Assembly (NCBI RefSeq): GCF_006345805.1
Contig: NC_043014.1
Span: 26,784,001-26,848,000 of the forward strand
From: Octopus sinensis
Taxonomy: Eukaryota
DNA length: 64,000 nt
Direction: 5' to 3'
Shown: piece by piece, positions 39,941-52,930 of the stretch
Layout: each line of letters opens with the position of its first letter
Numbering within the stretch: position 1 is the stretch's first letter
Notes under the pieces: generated by a model
Database searches by the model: none
What the model was told of the DNA's origin: nothing
What the model saw: the letters and a program-made list of their open reading frames with translations, nothing else
Program-made: the position numbers and the translations under genes

Positions 39941-40140
39941 GTTGTAATAATTACTGCCCTATTCTTTAGAGTGTGCTTCTTTTCTGAGATATATGTTTTT
40001 TAATTAACTATATATATATATGGCAGGCTTCTTTCAGTTTCTATCAAGCGAATTCATTCACAAGGCTTCAGTTGGCTCAAGGCTATTGTTGAAGACACTT
40101 GCCCAAGGTGTCATGCAAGGGACTGAACCCAAGACAAGCA

Positions 40141-41348
40141 TGTTGCTATATTAAATTACTAGAAAAATTCTAAATTTTCAGTGAGATCAATCAAAAGCAT
40201 TTACTCCCTCAAGCCCCCTAAACTCCGAAAATGGAGGAGTTTTGTCAATTTTTCACAATAGTGGAGTTTGCAGGGTTTGAGGGATCTAAGCGAAAATTTA
40301 GTATTTTTCTAGTAATGATATATAGCAAGATTGTAGGCCTCAGGCATTTTCAATTTCCACATTTTTTAATTTTCACTCCATCCTAACACACATGTATGTG
40401 TGTGGGTACATAGATTGTGTAATAGATTGTGGAGTGTACATAAGAAGTTGTGGAAACTGAAAATGCCAGAGACCTAAAATCTTCTATAATAATAAATGTC
40501 AAAACGAATTTCTGTATCAGTGTGTCACACTTTGACCCCGTCGCTCACTATTCAATGACACTTCTTCTACTGCTCTTGCTGGGGTGGGAGTAATAGTAGG
40601 CATAAAGACGGTGAGGATAGTAGTAGATTGACAGTTGAGATGGTAATGGGGTGATAGTAGTAATATAAGCTGTAGTTGTGAAAGAGGTGAAGGCAACAGT
40701 GGTAGCTGAGGTAGTCAAGCATGACAGTGATAGTAAGGGATGAGAAAGACAGTGATGATGGTGGTGGCATAAGAAGTCTGAATGGTGTGTGTATGGCAGT
40801 TGTGATGGCGATTGTGGTAGTGATGGTGATGGTTGAAAACAATCAACAGAAAGAGAGAGAGAGAGAAAGAAAGAGGTTAGACAGAAAAAAAATTGTACTG
40901 ACCCCCGAATAGGAAGACAAAAAAAAGTTGTTTATCATGCAGCTTTGCAATAATTTCCAAGTCACCATATTATATCATTGTTCTGACGAAAATTGTTCAT
41001 TGCTTGAAAAATATCGGTCAAGTTTAATAAAATTTAATATGTACTTAATGCATGAAGTGTTGTTATTGGGCTCAAGGCCCAATAAAGAGCCCTTCACAGG
41101 ATCTGGCTTAAAAGCCACCCGATCGGGCAGCTTTTAAGCTAGTGCTGTTTATCATTACTAGAAAAATGCTAAAATTTTCACTTAGATCAGCCAAGGGCAT
41201 TTACTCCCTCAAACCCTCCAAACTCTGCTATTGTAAACATTTTACAAAATTCCCCCATTTTCCGAGCTTAGGGAGCTTGAGGGAGTAAATGCTCTTGATT
41301 GATCTCAGCGAAAATTTAGCTTTTTTCTTGTAATCAAATATAGCAACA
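40141..41348. repeat. Inverted pair of about 200-bp self-palindromic MITE-like units
   Basis: 40141-40330 is approximately the reverse complement of 41151-41348; each is followed by the same direct tail ctcaggcattttcaat...ttttcactcca. Confidence 0.8.
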
Positions 41349-42139
41349 TTTTAGTCCTCAGGCATTTTCAATATTCTACATTTTTAATTTTCACTCCACC
41401 CTATTGCCCACATTGTCTGGGCTTTAACCACATGTCTATACCTTAACTCATTCTACCAATGTAAATGAAGTAGAATACATTGGACAATGTAGTCCTTGAT
41501 ACCCAAACACAAAAAAGAAGTGATGGTCATGGATAAAATGCCTTTTTTAGTAGACTTGAATCTTACAAAATAATATTAACAACAATGATTATTTCTATAG
41601 AGAAAAATACAACAAACATTTCCTGGACATTCAATAGCCAATAAATGTACAATTTTGTAAATTCATTTTCTGATTCTTTGATCTCTACTCTGGTGAACTC
41701 TGGTGAAAGTTATGCTTTGCTGACGAAGCCATAAAAACCTCTATAGCATGTGAGAAACTATTTCCTGTACTTAGCAATATAATTAAAACAATTTTAGTCA
41801 TTGATTAATATTGTTAAAATATCAAAAACAACACATTCTTACAAAACTAAAATTCTATATAGAAAAGAGTAGGAATGAACACCTGGCCGTACCTGGTAGC
41901 TTTTATATCACTGAGATCTGAATTGTGAACTGGGACATGGAAGAGAACTAAATGCCAACAATTTATTCAAGCCAAAGAGAAACAGCCAAATCTCCCTCAA
42001 ATCATTCTCTGCTAGGAAGTTGGGACACAATGAATAATGTAACTTACATTATGTATGAAAAACAGATGGGATAGTCATGGCTGGAAAACTTTTCATCATA
42101 AGTCTGCTCAATTAGTGCAAAACATTAGCAACAACTTAC

Positions 42140-42259
42140 ATGTTCTCTCATTACAACATGAGCAATATCTTGCCGATCAGATTCTGTTAAATCTGGAGCT
42201 ATTTTCACCAAAATTGGAGGTTTCCTCTCACACTTCAACTGGTCACGTTCCAGCAACAC
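42140..42259 (-). CDS. DHODH: DHODH exon 6
   Basis: ttcgcag|GTG...CAT|gtaagt, 120 nt; [40 protein letters not shown]. Confidence 0.96.
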
Positions 42260-42480
42260 CTGCGAATGAATTAATAATTGAATAAATGATAAATGAATGG
42301 TTGATATTGGAGCAGTTTGTCATCATTGCATAATTTATCACAAAATAAACAAAGTGAAAAGCAAACAAAATCTGAAAACAGAGTTGCATATTTGTTTGCC
42401 AATTAACTTGGCTCGAGATCATATGTTAAAACTGAAAATCTTGCATCATGATAGCCACTGTAAACATACAGACAGATTTG

Positions 42481-45311
42481 TGTTGTAGTGGATTCGAAGC
42501 TGAATCGCTAGGTAGTCAAGCAGACATCACCAACAAACATAGTAATTTCACATGATTGGCCAATTAAGCAACCAATCAGCATTGAGCCATCACGTGATTC
42601 AACTTTTCTAATTGGGCCCTGTATAAAGGTAAGTTTTGGTGATAATCACAGGGGAGACAGAGATTTTGTTGTCATATCATGCAATTATTTTCCAGTTGTG
42701 ATGGGCCAGCCACAGATTCGTTACATCAGTTAATTCATTTTAGATTTCAGTAGTATGTCTCTCTCAGGGTATAACTGTTGCTGTTAGTGTCAGTTAAAAA
42801 AGACCAATGCAAAAAGCACTATGTGCAGGAATAAAATCTTCTGTTAAATGTTCACAAGTGTTGTTAGTTACTTCTACATACAGAGCTAGAAATACATTTT
42901 CATTCACCAGCAGCAAATACTACTCGTGACACCTGGTGAAACCCAACATAGCTACCACGACAATCACCATAACACCATCTTCACAACAGTGGTGATCCAT
43001 GACAACTAACATGATGAGAAAACTAAAGAATTGACTACAACTCCCACTGCTCCAAGCTATGACATTAAGACCATTGTTAGCTCAGACGCATCTTTCATCT
43101 TGCTCAAAATAGCAGTCAGATCTACTTGTCAAGACCAAGAAAACTCTCTTCTTCCAAACATGATTCTGAAAGCAGCCAGTATTTTATCCTTTCATTTGCA
43201 TGATTTCAACTAGTTTCTGTTAAAAAAAAAAAAGAAATGGTAACTTCACCTGTCCCATTCATCTCTTCTATTTCCTCTGAGTTGACACTAGTTGTAAAAA
43301 CAACCATATAGAGAATTCAGACTTTAGCTCAAACATTTGCAATTCTCTAGATATTCTATATGTTTGAATTCTCATGGCCAGAGGATTTCTAAAAAACATT
43401 CTTTAAAATAGCACTGCCAGGGCTAAGTGTGACTACATCCTTGGGTGGCCTTTCAATATGTTGCATTTTTTTGTGTAGTACACCATTTCAAAATTCCTAG
43501 TTGCAGCTTGCAGCATTTGGCCATTGAAATTCTTATGCAACTCACAGAAACCATCAACGATTACATTACAAGCTATTTGCCATTTTTCTATTTCCACTTA
43601 TGGTGAAAAATTTATGACTCTGGTTCTTAATTTGAGCCATCAATTCAAGAGGATCTTTATAATTGCCGATCTGCCATAACTATCCTTGTTGCTGACTTCC
43701 TGCATCATTTTGATCTTCTTGTAGATTTGAAACATAGGTGATTAAGTGATTCAGAAAAACAATCAGATCAGTGAACACAACAGGGTTAAACTAGCCAAAG
43801 TTGGTTGTAATCTCAAACGAGATCATTCCTAATGATCTCAAACAGTGAGGATATCAGATATACTACGGATGAGATGTGTTACCAGTGCCGGTGGCATGTA
43901 AGAGAACCTTCCGTTTCGCGACCGTTGCCAGCACCGCCCCGACTGGCCTCGTGCCGATGGCACGTAAAAAGCACCATCCCTTCGTGTCCGTTGCCAGCCT
44001 CGCCTGGCCCTCGTGCCGGTGGCACATAAAAAGCACCATCCGTTCGTGGCCGTTTGCCAGCTGTCTGGCACCTGTGCAGGTGGCACGTAAAAAGCACCCA
44101 CTACACTCACGGAGTGGTTGGCGTTAGGAAGGGCATCCAGCCGTAGAAACACTGCCAGATTTGACTGGGCCTGATGAAGCCTTCTGGCTTCACAGACCCC
44201 AGTAGAACCGTCCAACCCATGCTAGCATGGAAAACGGACGCTAAACGATGATGATGATGTCTAATAGTAAACCTGCTATTGTCAGTCCTCTTTTCTTTGT
44301 ACCCTCTACATGTAATCACTATTATTCAATCCTTAAAAAATTTTCAGGCGTCACTCACAGTGTTTTTAATAATGGACTTTTTGAATTTCTTAAAATGCTT
44401 TTTGGTCTTCAGAAAGCTGCTAATACATTCCAAAGATTTATCAACAGTCACTTGTGGTTTAGACCTTGTTTTGCCTATATCAACAACTTGTTGATTGCCA
44501 GTCCTACAGTAGAGAGAAGCATGAACAGCTTTTAGAACATTTTATTAGACTGTCACATTTCAGTGTGATAAATTAACCTTAATAAATGTCTATTTGGTGT
44601 TTCTTCTATTACATTTTCAGGACATATTTGTCAGAAATGGAATTTGTCCATTAAAGGAAAAAGTTGATGCTATTGCAAATATACCCATTTCTGCATCAAT
44701 AAAGAAGCTGTAAGAATTTCTCAGTCTTATTAACTTCTACAGATTTATTCTGCCCTATACAGAAACCATATTTCCATTGACAGAATTGTTACTTAATGTC
44801 AAAAATAAAAAAAAAAACAACCACTATCTCTCAAAATGCGATACAGTTGCAATCATTTCACAGTATCAAAGAGAAGTTAACTAAAGTTACCCTACAAGCC
44901 CATCCAGTTCTAGAGGCTCCGCTATCATTGATAGTAGATGCATCTGATGTTGGACTTAATGGGACACCGCAACAATTTGTTCAAGATGACTGGTAACTTT
45001 TTTCTATTTTTTCCAAGCATTTCAAACCAGCAGAAACAAGATAGTGCACTTTTGGAAGAGAATTATTGGCAGCTTATTTATCTGTGAAGCATTTCTGCCA
45101 TTTCTTAGAAGAACGAACCTTCACCCTTTATACTATAGTATGTCTCTCCAGCGTATAACTGTTGCTGTTAGTTATGTGATAAAAGACCAATGTGGAAAAC
45201 ACTATGTGCAATAATAAAATCTGTTAAATGTTCACAAGTATTGTTTGTTATTTCTACATACAGAAGTAGAAATCCATTTCCAGTCACCAGCAGCAAACAC
45301 CACTCATGACA
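42481..45311 (+). mobile_element. Degenerate Gypsy (Ty3) LTR retrotransposon: 5' LTR, PBS, protease, RT, RNase H; integrase deleted; partial 3' LTR
   Basis: LTR TG...TGACA at 42481-42931, then tggtgaaaccc (PBS-like). Protease ISTYGEKF...IIAD...ADFLHHFDLLVD at about 43580-43760. RT GLFEFLKMLFGLQKAANTFQR, AYINNLLIAS. RNase H VDASDVG...RELLAAYLSVKHF. 45136-45311 repeats 42751-42931. Confidence 0.9.
43870..44258 (+). mobile_element. RTE 3' end / SINE nested in the Gypsy element
   Basis: Same family; ends ggacgctaaacgatgatgatgatg. Confidence 0.85.
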
Positions 45312-45339
45312 ATGTCTACTCTTATTTTCTAAGTCATCA

Positions 45340-45746
45340 TCTCTTTACTCTTTTACTCTTTTAGTTGTTTCAGTCATTTGACTGCGGCCATGCTGGAGCA
45401 CCGCCTTTAGTCGAGCAAATCGACCCCGGAACTTATTTTTTGTAAGCCCAGTACTTATTCTATCGGTCTCTTTTGCCGAACCGCTAAGTGACGGGGACGT
45501 AAACACACCAGCATCGGTTGTTAGGCAATGCTAGGGGGACAAACACAGACACACAAACACATATATATATATACATATATACGACAGGCTTCTTTCAGTT
45601 TCCGTCTACCAAATCCACTCACAAGGCATTGGTCGGCCCGGGGCTATAGCAGAAGACACTTGCCCAAGATGCCACACAGTGGGACTGAACCCGGAACCAT
45701 GTGGTTGGTTAGCAAGCTACTTACCACACAGCCACTCCTGCGCCTT
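45340..45746 (-). mobile_element. Apparently full-length tRNA-derived SINE
   Basis: Minus-strand head ggcgcaggagtggctgtgtggtaag (A box)...ggttcagtccc (B box); central microsatellite; tail caaatgactgaaacaactaaaagagtaaa. Confidence 0.88.
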
Positions 45747-45983
45747 CATTTTAATGTATACTCTGCCATGCCTGCACAGATCAGACAGAATCTGTTGAAA
45801 CAAATATTTTTTATGGCTGGATGCCCTTACTGCCACCAATTCTCACTTGTTTCTAAGTAAGATATTTCCCCTTGACCAGATCTGTGTTCACAGAAGATTG
45901 GTAATTAAGAGCACAGCTTGTACGACGATTCTTATTTACAATTAATGCTAGATGCCAAGGAGATAAAAATACACACACACATT

Positions 45984-46029
<46 letters not shown>

Positions 46030-46080
46030 TTATATATTTGTTTTGCAAGATTTTTGATGTGAAATCGTGTGTTGAGACAG

Positions 46081-47253
46081 ATATTGTTGTATTTCGGAAT
46101 GGTCATTTTGCCAGTTTAGCCAATAAAAACACACGCACTATATATTTGGTGTTACTTTGCTTCAGTGTTATCTATTTTTTACATTAATCTTAATCTTATT
46201 TTTCGGCCAGAGTTCTTTCGTCACACGCCAGTGACCGATTCAGTGGTCCTTTGCTTTCTTCTTTCTTATTTGTGTGTCTCTCCTTACTAACCGTCAGCCA
46301 TTTTGTATTTCTATTGTATGTGTCTTCATTTGCGCATGCGTATATCTCTATGTGCATCTATGTTTAGTTAGTGTGTGTGTGTGGGGGGAGGAAATGTCTG
46401 TAATATTTGTATCTCCTGTTTATATATGTTCGTGTAATTTGTTTTTGTTTATTCTTATTTTGTTCATGTGTTTACACCCACTTATTATTATTATGTATGT
46501 ATGTATAACAGTAATAATAATAATAAATTTTTTGATAAAAAATATAAAATGAAAAAAATAAAAATAATAAAAAAAATTTTTAAATAAAAAAATAATGTAA
46601 AGTATAGAAGCCATCTTAATATGGCTAACCACATAGGGGAGGGGGTGTTACTGTAGCTCTATAGCCCCAGGAGATCGTCGTCTCCAGCTGGCTTTAGACA
46701 CCATTTCAGTGCCCTTGAAGTATTTGCAAAAGGAGGCCATTCCTTTCTCGCAAGCCTGAGTGATACGCACAGACTAGTTTCAGGATTTTTGTCCCTTATC
46801 AACAGGCGGTAACCACCAGGTCGCGATGAAAGAGAAGGCTGCTTTGCAAATATATAAGAGTTTTTCTAGTGACGTTAGGGTTAGGGTTATTTTATTGTTA
46901 AACTTAAACACGAACGTATATAAACAGGAGATACAAATATTACAGACATTTCCTCCCCTACACATACACACTAACTAAACATAGATGCACATAGAGATAT
47001 ACGCATGCACAAATGAAGACACATACAATAGCAATACAAAATGGCTGACGGTTAGTAAGGAGAGACACAAATAAGAAGAAAGCAAAGGACCACTGAATCG
47101 GTCACAGGAGTGTGACGAAAGAACTCTGGCCAAAATAAGATTAAGATTAATGTAAAAAATAAATAACACTGAAGCAAAGTAACACCAAATATATAGTGCG
47201 TGTGTTTTTATTGGTTAAACTAGCAAAATGACCATTCTGAAATACAACAATAT
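46081..47253. repeat. Long inverted repeat: arms 46081-46435 and 46908-47253, 472-bp spacer
   Basis: Arms of about 350 bp are reverse complements, over 90% identical by eye. Confidence 0.92.
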
Positions 47254-47444
47254 ATATATATATATATACACACACGCACATATATACACATATATATACA
47301 TACATACACACACACCTATAAGTATAAATACACACACACACATGTGTGTGTGTTTGATGAAGGTGATCAAGTTGAAGATAACATTAAATTGTATCTATAT
47401 ATAACATGAGTTATAGACAGACATTCATATTATATACATATATC

Positions 47445-47825
47445 ATCATCATCATTGGTTAACATCTGTTTTCCATGCTGGAATGGGTTCGACGGTTTGA
47501 CTGAGATCTGTAGAGCCAGTGGCTGCACCAGGCTCCAATCTGATCTGGCAATGTTTCTACTGCTGGATGCCCTTCCTAATGCCAACCACTCCGAGAGTGT
47601 AGTGGGTGCTTTTTACATGCCACCAATAGAGGAGCCAGTCAGGTAGGCCTGGTATCGATCACATTCGGATAGTGCTTTTTATATGCCACTGGCACAGGAG
47701 TCAGCCAGGGGTTACTGGTATCAGCCATGTTCAGATGGTGCTTTTTATGTGCCACCGGCACGGGAGCCAGTCAGGCGAACTTGGCATTGACTACATTTGG
47801 ATGGTGTCTTTTACGTGCAAACGGC
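47445..47825 (-). mobile_element. RTE 3' end / SINE
   Basis: catcatcatcattggttaacatc...ggatgcccttcctaatgccaaccactcc...ggtgcttttt. Confidence 0.8.
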
Positions 47826-48074
47826 ACATATATATATAAGGAAAATAAGAAAATAGAAACAAATCAATTAATAATTATATTTATTAATTACAAAAATAGA
47901 CATAATCCCTGACATCTGTTTTGATTCAGACTTTAAAGATTTTAATTAAAATAATTAAATCATTATAAAGTAGAATCTCGTTGGAAGTAGAAATTATATT
48001 TCTACATTGGGACTACTGAAAATTAAATAAAAAAAACACATCTCTACACACTTATACACATTTATTCTTTTCTT

Positions 48075-48370
48075 TTACTTGTTTCAGTCATTTGACTGCA
48101 GCCATGCTGGAGCATGCCTTTAGTCAAGCAAATCGACACCAGGACTTATTCTTTGTAAGCCTAGTACTTATTCTATCGGTGTCTTTTGCCGAACCGCTAT
48201 GTTACAGGGACGTAAACACACCAGCATCAGTTGTCAAGCGATGGGGGGGGGGGGGCAAACACAGACACACAAACACACACATATATACGATGGGCTTCTT
48301 TCAGTTTCCGTCTACCAAATCCACTCACAAGGCTTTTGTCGGCCCGAGGCTATAGTATTAGACACTTGCT
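48075..48370 (-). mobile_element. tRNA-derived SINE (partial)
   Basis: ttttacttgtttcagtcatttgactgcagccatgctgg...ccaaatccactcacaagg. Confidence 0.8.
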
Positions 48371-49599
48371 CAAATTTTATGATCTTTCAATTCTCTCGGC
48401 AAAATTCCTTCTACTTAACCTTAGAGATGAAAGAAATATTTCTTGTTTACACATGGGAAAATATGTATTTTCCCAACGTAGATAAATAGATAATAAGTGT
48501 TTAATTACCTTTCTCACCACTATAGTTACACATATTTTATATTTATTTTTCTAAGTATACTTCCTTTCCCCACTTTATAAGGTCTATACCAAATTTTTCT
48601 ATCAAGCAATACTCAGTTAGCTGAAATGCTCTATACACATAACACATAAAAACATAAAAAATGTAATGGTATATCTTTTTTTTCTACCTATGACGAGATT
48701 CTACTTTATTATGATTTAATTATTTTAATTGAAATCTTTGAAGTTTGAATCAAAACAGCTGTCAGGGATTATATCTATTTTTGTAATAAATATAATTATT
48801 AATTGATTTATCTCTATTTTCTTATTTTTCTTAAATAAATATAAACCAGTTTATTTAATTACCTACTTTTGAGTATTAGAATATTCAAAATAAATAGATA
48901 ATAAACCAGTAAATTCAGTGGATATTATTATCCTTTAATGAGGCTTATTCAACCTCTAATTGAACTTTTATACACACACACACACAACAGGCTTCTTTCA
49001 GTTGGGAAGTGACCTTTTTAATCACAACCATACATCTACATCCTGGCTACTGAAACTATATATATATATATATATTTCTTCAGTTTACATGTTTTTCCAT
49101 GTTTGCATGGGTTTGTCAAGTATGTCGCTTAAAGACTGCTTTACAGCCAGAGGCCTGTCCTGATGCTAACCCTTACTGTATCTTTTGTCACACAAGTCAG
49201 CATAGTATATAGCATTCAAACATCATCACTATCTTTTCAAATTCAGCTACATTTCGTATGGGATTTTTATGATCTTTCAAATTCATTTTATGATCTTCTA
49301 AATTCATATACAATGGGCTTCTTTCAGTTTCTGTCTAACAAATCCACTCAGAAAACTTTGATTGGCCCAAGGCTATAGTAGAAAACACTTGCCCAAAATG
49401 TCATATGGTGGGACTGAACCTGGACCATGTGGTTGGGAAGCAAGCTTCTTACCACAGTCACGCCTGTGCCTATAGAGTCAGTATTTTTTTTAATTTGTAA
49501 CAATATCATATGCAATGTCTTTCATCAGATATTTACAACCTGATAACTAATATGCAATAAATACAAACAAAAGGATAAAATAAACACATACCCACATAC

Positions 49600-49787
49600 C
49601 CTGTCAATCAATTTCTCTAAATTTTCTCTGCCCTGCAGATTCCGCAGTCCAGGAGTATTTGGACTGGAAATATTCACCACTAAGAAGTCAGCCAGCTGAC
49701 CAAATAAACTAACTCCACTTGCATAGTCCTGTTCAGAATTTTCAGATGTTTTGTTTTTGCCTAAATTTATGCCAAGAATTCCTGGTT
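49600..49787 (-). CDS. DHODH: DHODH exon 5
   Basis: tttacag|AA CCA...GAC AGG|gtatgt, 188 nt; [63 protein letters not shown]. Confidence 0.97.
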
Positions 49788-50039
49788 CTGTAAAGACAAA
49801 AGAGCCATCACCAAATATGATTTAAAATGCTCATAAAATAGAAATTGAAAAAAAAAATGCGAAGAATAAAAATGAAGTTTTAAATATACAAAAGCTATTT
49901 CAATCTTGAGATGAGTTACAATTAAAGCTTGAGATTTCTAGATTAACCTAATCTTTTTGTGTATTTCTTTACATTTCTTTATATTTTATTGCATTTTGAA
50001 GACAACAGCAGGATTTATTATTGGTTTCCATGGTTTACT

Positions 50040-50277
50040 TGATCGTGCCAGTGGCACGTAAAAAGCATCATCCGACCGTGGCCATTTGCTAGCCCAGCCT
50101 AGCATGTAAAAAGCACCCACTACACTGATGGAGTGGTTAGCGTTAGGAAGGGCATCCAGCTGTAGAAACATTGCCAGATCAGACTGGGCCTGCTGCAGCC
50201 TTCTGGCTTCCCAGACCCCAGTTGAACCGTCCAACCCATGCTAGCATGAAAAGCAGATGCTAAATGATGATGATGAA
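50040..50277 (+). mobile_element. RTE 3' end / SINE
   Basis: Same family, (GAT)n tail. Confidence 0.8.
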
Positions 50278-50729
50278 GGTAATAAGGATACATCTGTGCA
50301 TAGCAAACACGAGATGGTACTTCTGATTGAAAGCATTGGTTTACCTAGCTGGTATGTACATCTTTTGTAGAAAAGTAAATATCATCATCATTGTTGCTGT
50401 TTAACATCCATTTTCCGTCAAACATGTGTTGGACAGCTTGACAGGAGCTGGCCAATCATAGGGCTGTCCAGGCTCCAATTGGCTGTTTTGGCATAGCTTT
50501 TATGGCTGGATGCCCTTCCTAATACTGACCACTTTACAGGGTGTGTTGGGTGCTTTGTACATAGTATATCTATAGATGCCCACATGTGGCACTAGCACAG
50601 GTGCATTTTATGTGGCAAAAACCTCTCAACTGGGAGAGAGAGTGAATGGATGTTAAACAACAGTAGGGGCAACAACCTTAACACACTTGAATTTTTGAAT
50701 GACGACAGGTTGGATGTGAGAACAGGTGA

Positions 50730-52195
50730 AACATGTCTAACACACAAACACGAAAACCTTTTTTCAGAGTTGGCACTGTCAATGTAGGCACACTGAAAGG
50801 TAGGCCAAGTGAGATTGCAGAGGTGCTTGAATGGAGACATGTTGATGTATGCTGCATACAAGAGGTAAGATGGAGAGGAGCTTCAGCCAGGGTCCTCACA
50901 GGCAGGCACATAGGTATAAAATCTTCTGGCAAGGTAACAGGGATGATGTAGGGGGTGTAGGCATACTCCTTGTGGAGAAATGGGTGGGTAAGGTCATAGA
51001 GATTGTCAGAGTATGCCAGTCTGCTTAAACACAGGCTAGTCCTGCAGAATAGAATAGCTACATTAATCTCTGCCTATGCCCCACAAGCAGGCCTACCAAA
51101 TGATCAGGAGGACCAGTTTTATGATACCCTCTTACAGGCTACCTCAAAGACAAGTGGCAATGACCTATCTTTGCAGCTGGAGATTTTAATGGGCATGTTG
51201 GACAGCAATCCAGTATCTTCAATGGTGTACACAGGGGCCATGGAATTGGTTCCAAAACAAAGAGGGAACTAGGCTACTGGAGTTCTGTGATGCATGTAAC
51301 CTATTAATCTGCAACACTAACTTCAGGAAGTCAGACAGCCAGCAGATAACCTATCAATCAGGTGACTCTCCAGACAGCGGGACGCAGGGTTGCTCCTAAA
51401 TACAAAGACCCCCCTGGATGAAGAATGTACCCACCAGCATAGATTAGTCATTAGTGACCTTAGACTCGAGGCCAGAAGGATGCCCAGAAACAGACCAATC
51501 CAGTAAAGAAGGATTTTGAAGCCTAAGAACCTTTCACATGGTCAGAGATTTATAGACATCCTCATCGAGAAATTTGATGAGAGGAAGGAGGAGCTACAGA
51601 CTTTGGACACAAAGGGAAGCTGGAAATTCCTACAGGACAGCTTACTGAACACCCAGACCAAATCTGCAGCTCGTGCAAAGTCCCTTTCAGACCTAGAGTA
51701 ACGTGGTGGTGGAATAATACGGTAGACAAAACCATTAGAGCAAAGAAATGCCTGGAAAGCCTGGAAGAGTAGGGGCAGCAGGGAACTGTACCAGATAGCC
51801 AGAAGGGAGGCTGGGTGACAGGTATACATAGCCAAGGGAGAAGCAGAAAAGAAGAAGCTTGCCAATGTTTAGCAATGTGAGGACCTGAAGTATTTTGGAT
51901 TGCAAGACAGTGTGTGAGAGATAATTGTGATGTCACAGGAAAGAAATGCATCCGCATGGATGATGGTGCACTTGCTTTTAATGATTCTGAAAAGTAAGTG
52001 GGTTGGAAAGCCATTATGAAAGGCTGCTGAATGTGGAGAATGAATGGGAGGAGAGCCTGTCAAATGTTGACCCAGTAGAGAGACCAGCTATCCGAATAGA
52101 CAGCAGCCTAGTAGATAAAGCAATTGATGTGAAGTCAGGACAAGCCCCCGGCCCATCAGGAATCACTGCAGAGATGCTTAAGATATCTGGTGGTC
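50730..52195 (+). mobile_element. RTE-clade LINE 5' fragment (APE endonuclease and linker), degenerate
   Basis: RVGTVNVGTLKGRPSEIAEVL...DVCCIQEVRWRG; ISAYAPQ; KSGQAPGPSGITAEMLK. Confidence 0.88.
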
Positions 52196-52469
52196 ACTCT
52201 TTGCTAACTCTCAGCATGTAGACATCTCTGTTGTGCAAGGGTCGTATAGCTCAAACAAGCCATCTGTCTACTCCCAATTTCCTTAGTGCCCACCAGATTA
52301 CCAAGCAAGGAACTCTGTCAAAGGCTTTCTCTCTGTTGATGAATTCTCAGTACTGCAACTATCTCACGAGGAAGATAGTATTAGTAGTACTTCTGCATGG
52401 CACAAAACAGAACTAAATCTCATCTAGGCTCTTTACCTAATCAACAGAGCTATAATTTTCCGGTCTAAC

Positions 52470-52930
52470 AATTTGATACCCCAGTAATTACCCCTCACTA
52501 AAGTATCACTTTTGCCCTTGTAACAATTGACTATAATGCTGCTCACCAGTCATTGGGCATAACGCCTTCCTGTACAACTATAAAGATGATTAGTCTGTTC
52601 CTTACTCTACTAGATATTTTAAGCATTTCAGTGGTAATTCTTGGTGGACCAGAAGCTTTCTTTGCTTTCATAACCTTAATTGCTTCATTTGCCACACTAC
52701 TGTCAACTGGAATGGCTGGACCTTCTATTCAGATCCATATTGGAAAGACCCTCGTTCTTCCATCAGAGCCTTTCATAGTAGCCCTTCCACGTCACTTTCT
52801 TAATAGTATACTAAGTGCAAGGGTACTATTATCCATTTATACATATTTCTCACCAACATCACAATTGTCTCTCGTACACTACTCTGCAATCTAGAATACC
52901 TTGTGCTTCTCATTCTCAAGTCACAGAACA
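52470..52930 (-). mobile_element. RTE-clade LINE fragment (linker before RT), inverted relative to 50730-52195
   Basis: Minus strand ...KAKKASGPPRITTEMLKIS...PND...CYKGKSD.LVRGNYWGIKLLD. Confidence 0.7.

Noticed and set aside
45690-45746. tRNA gene (also similar heads at about 31855, 32432, 11100)
   Set aside because: A/B boxes are present, but the sequence continues into a SINE body and no proper cloverleaf is evident.
46875-46889. Interstitial telomere or chromosome-fusion scar
   Set aside because: Only 2.5 TTAGGG units; noted only as part of the inverted-repeat element.
51850-52930. Inverted RTE fragments as a strong dsRNA hairpin
   Set aside because: Homologous but only roughly 60-65% identical by eye; unlikely to form a stable long duplex.
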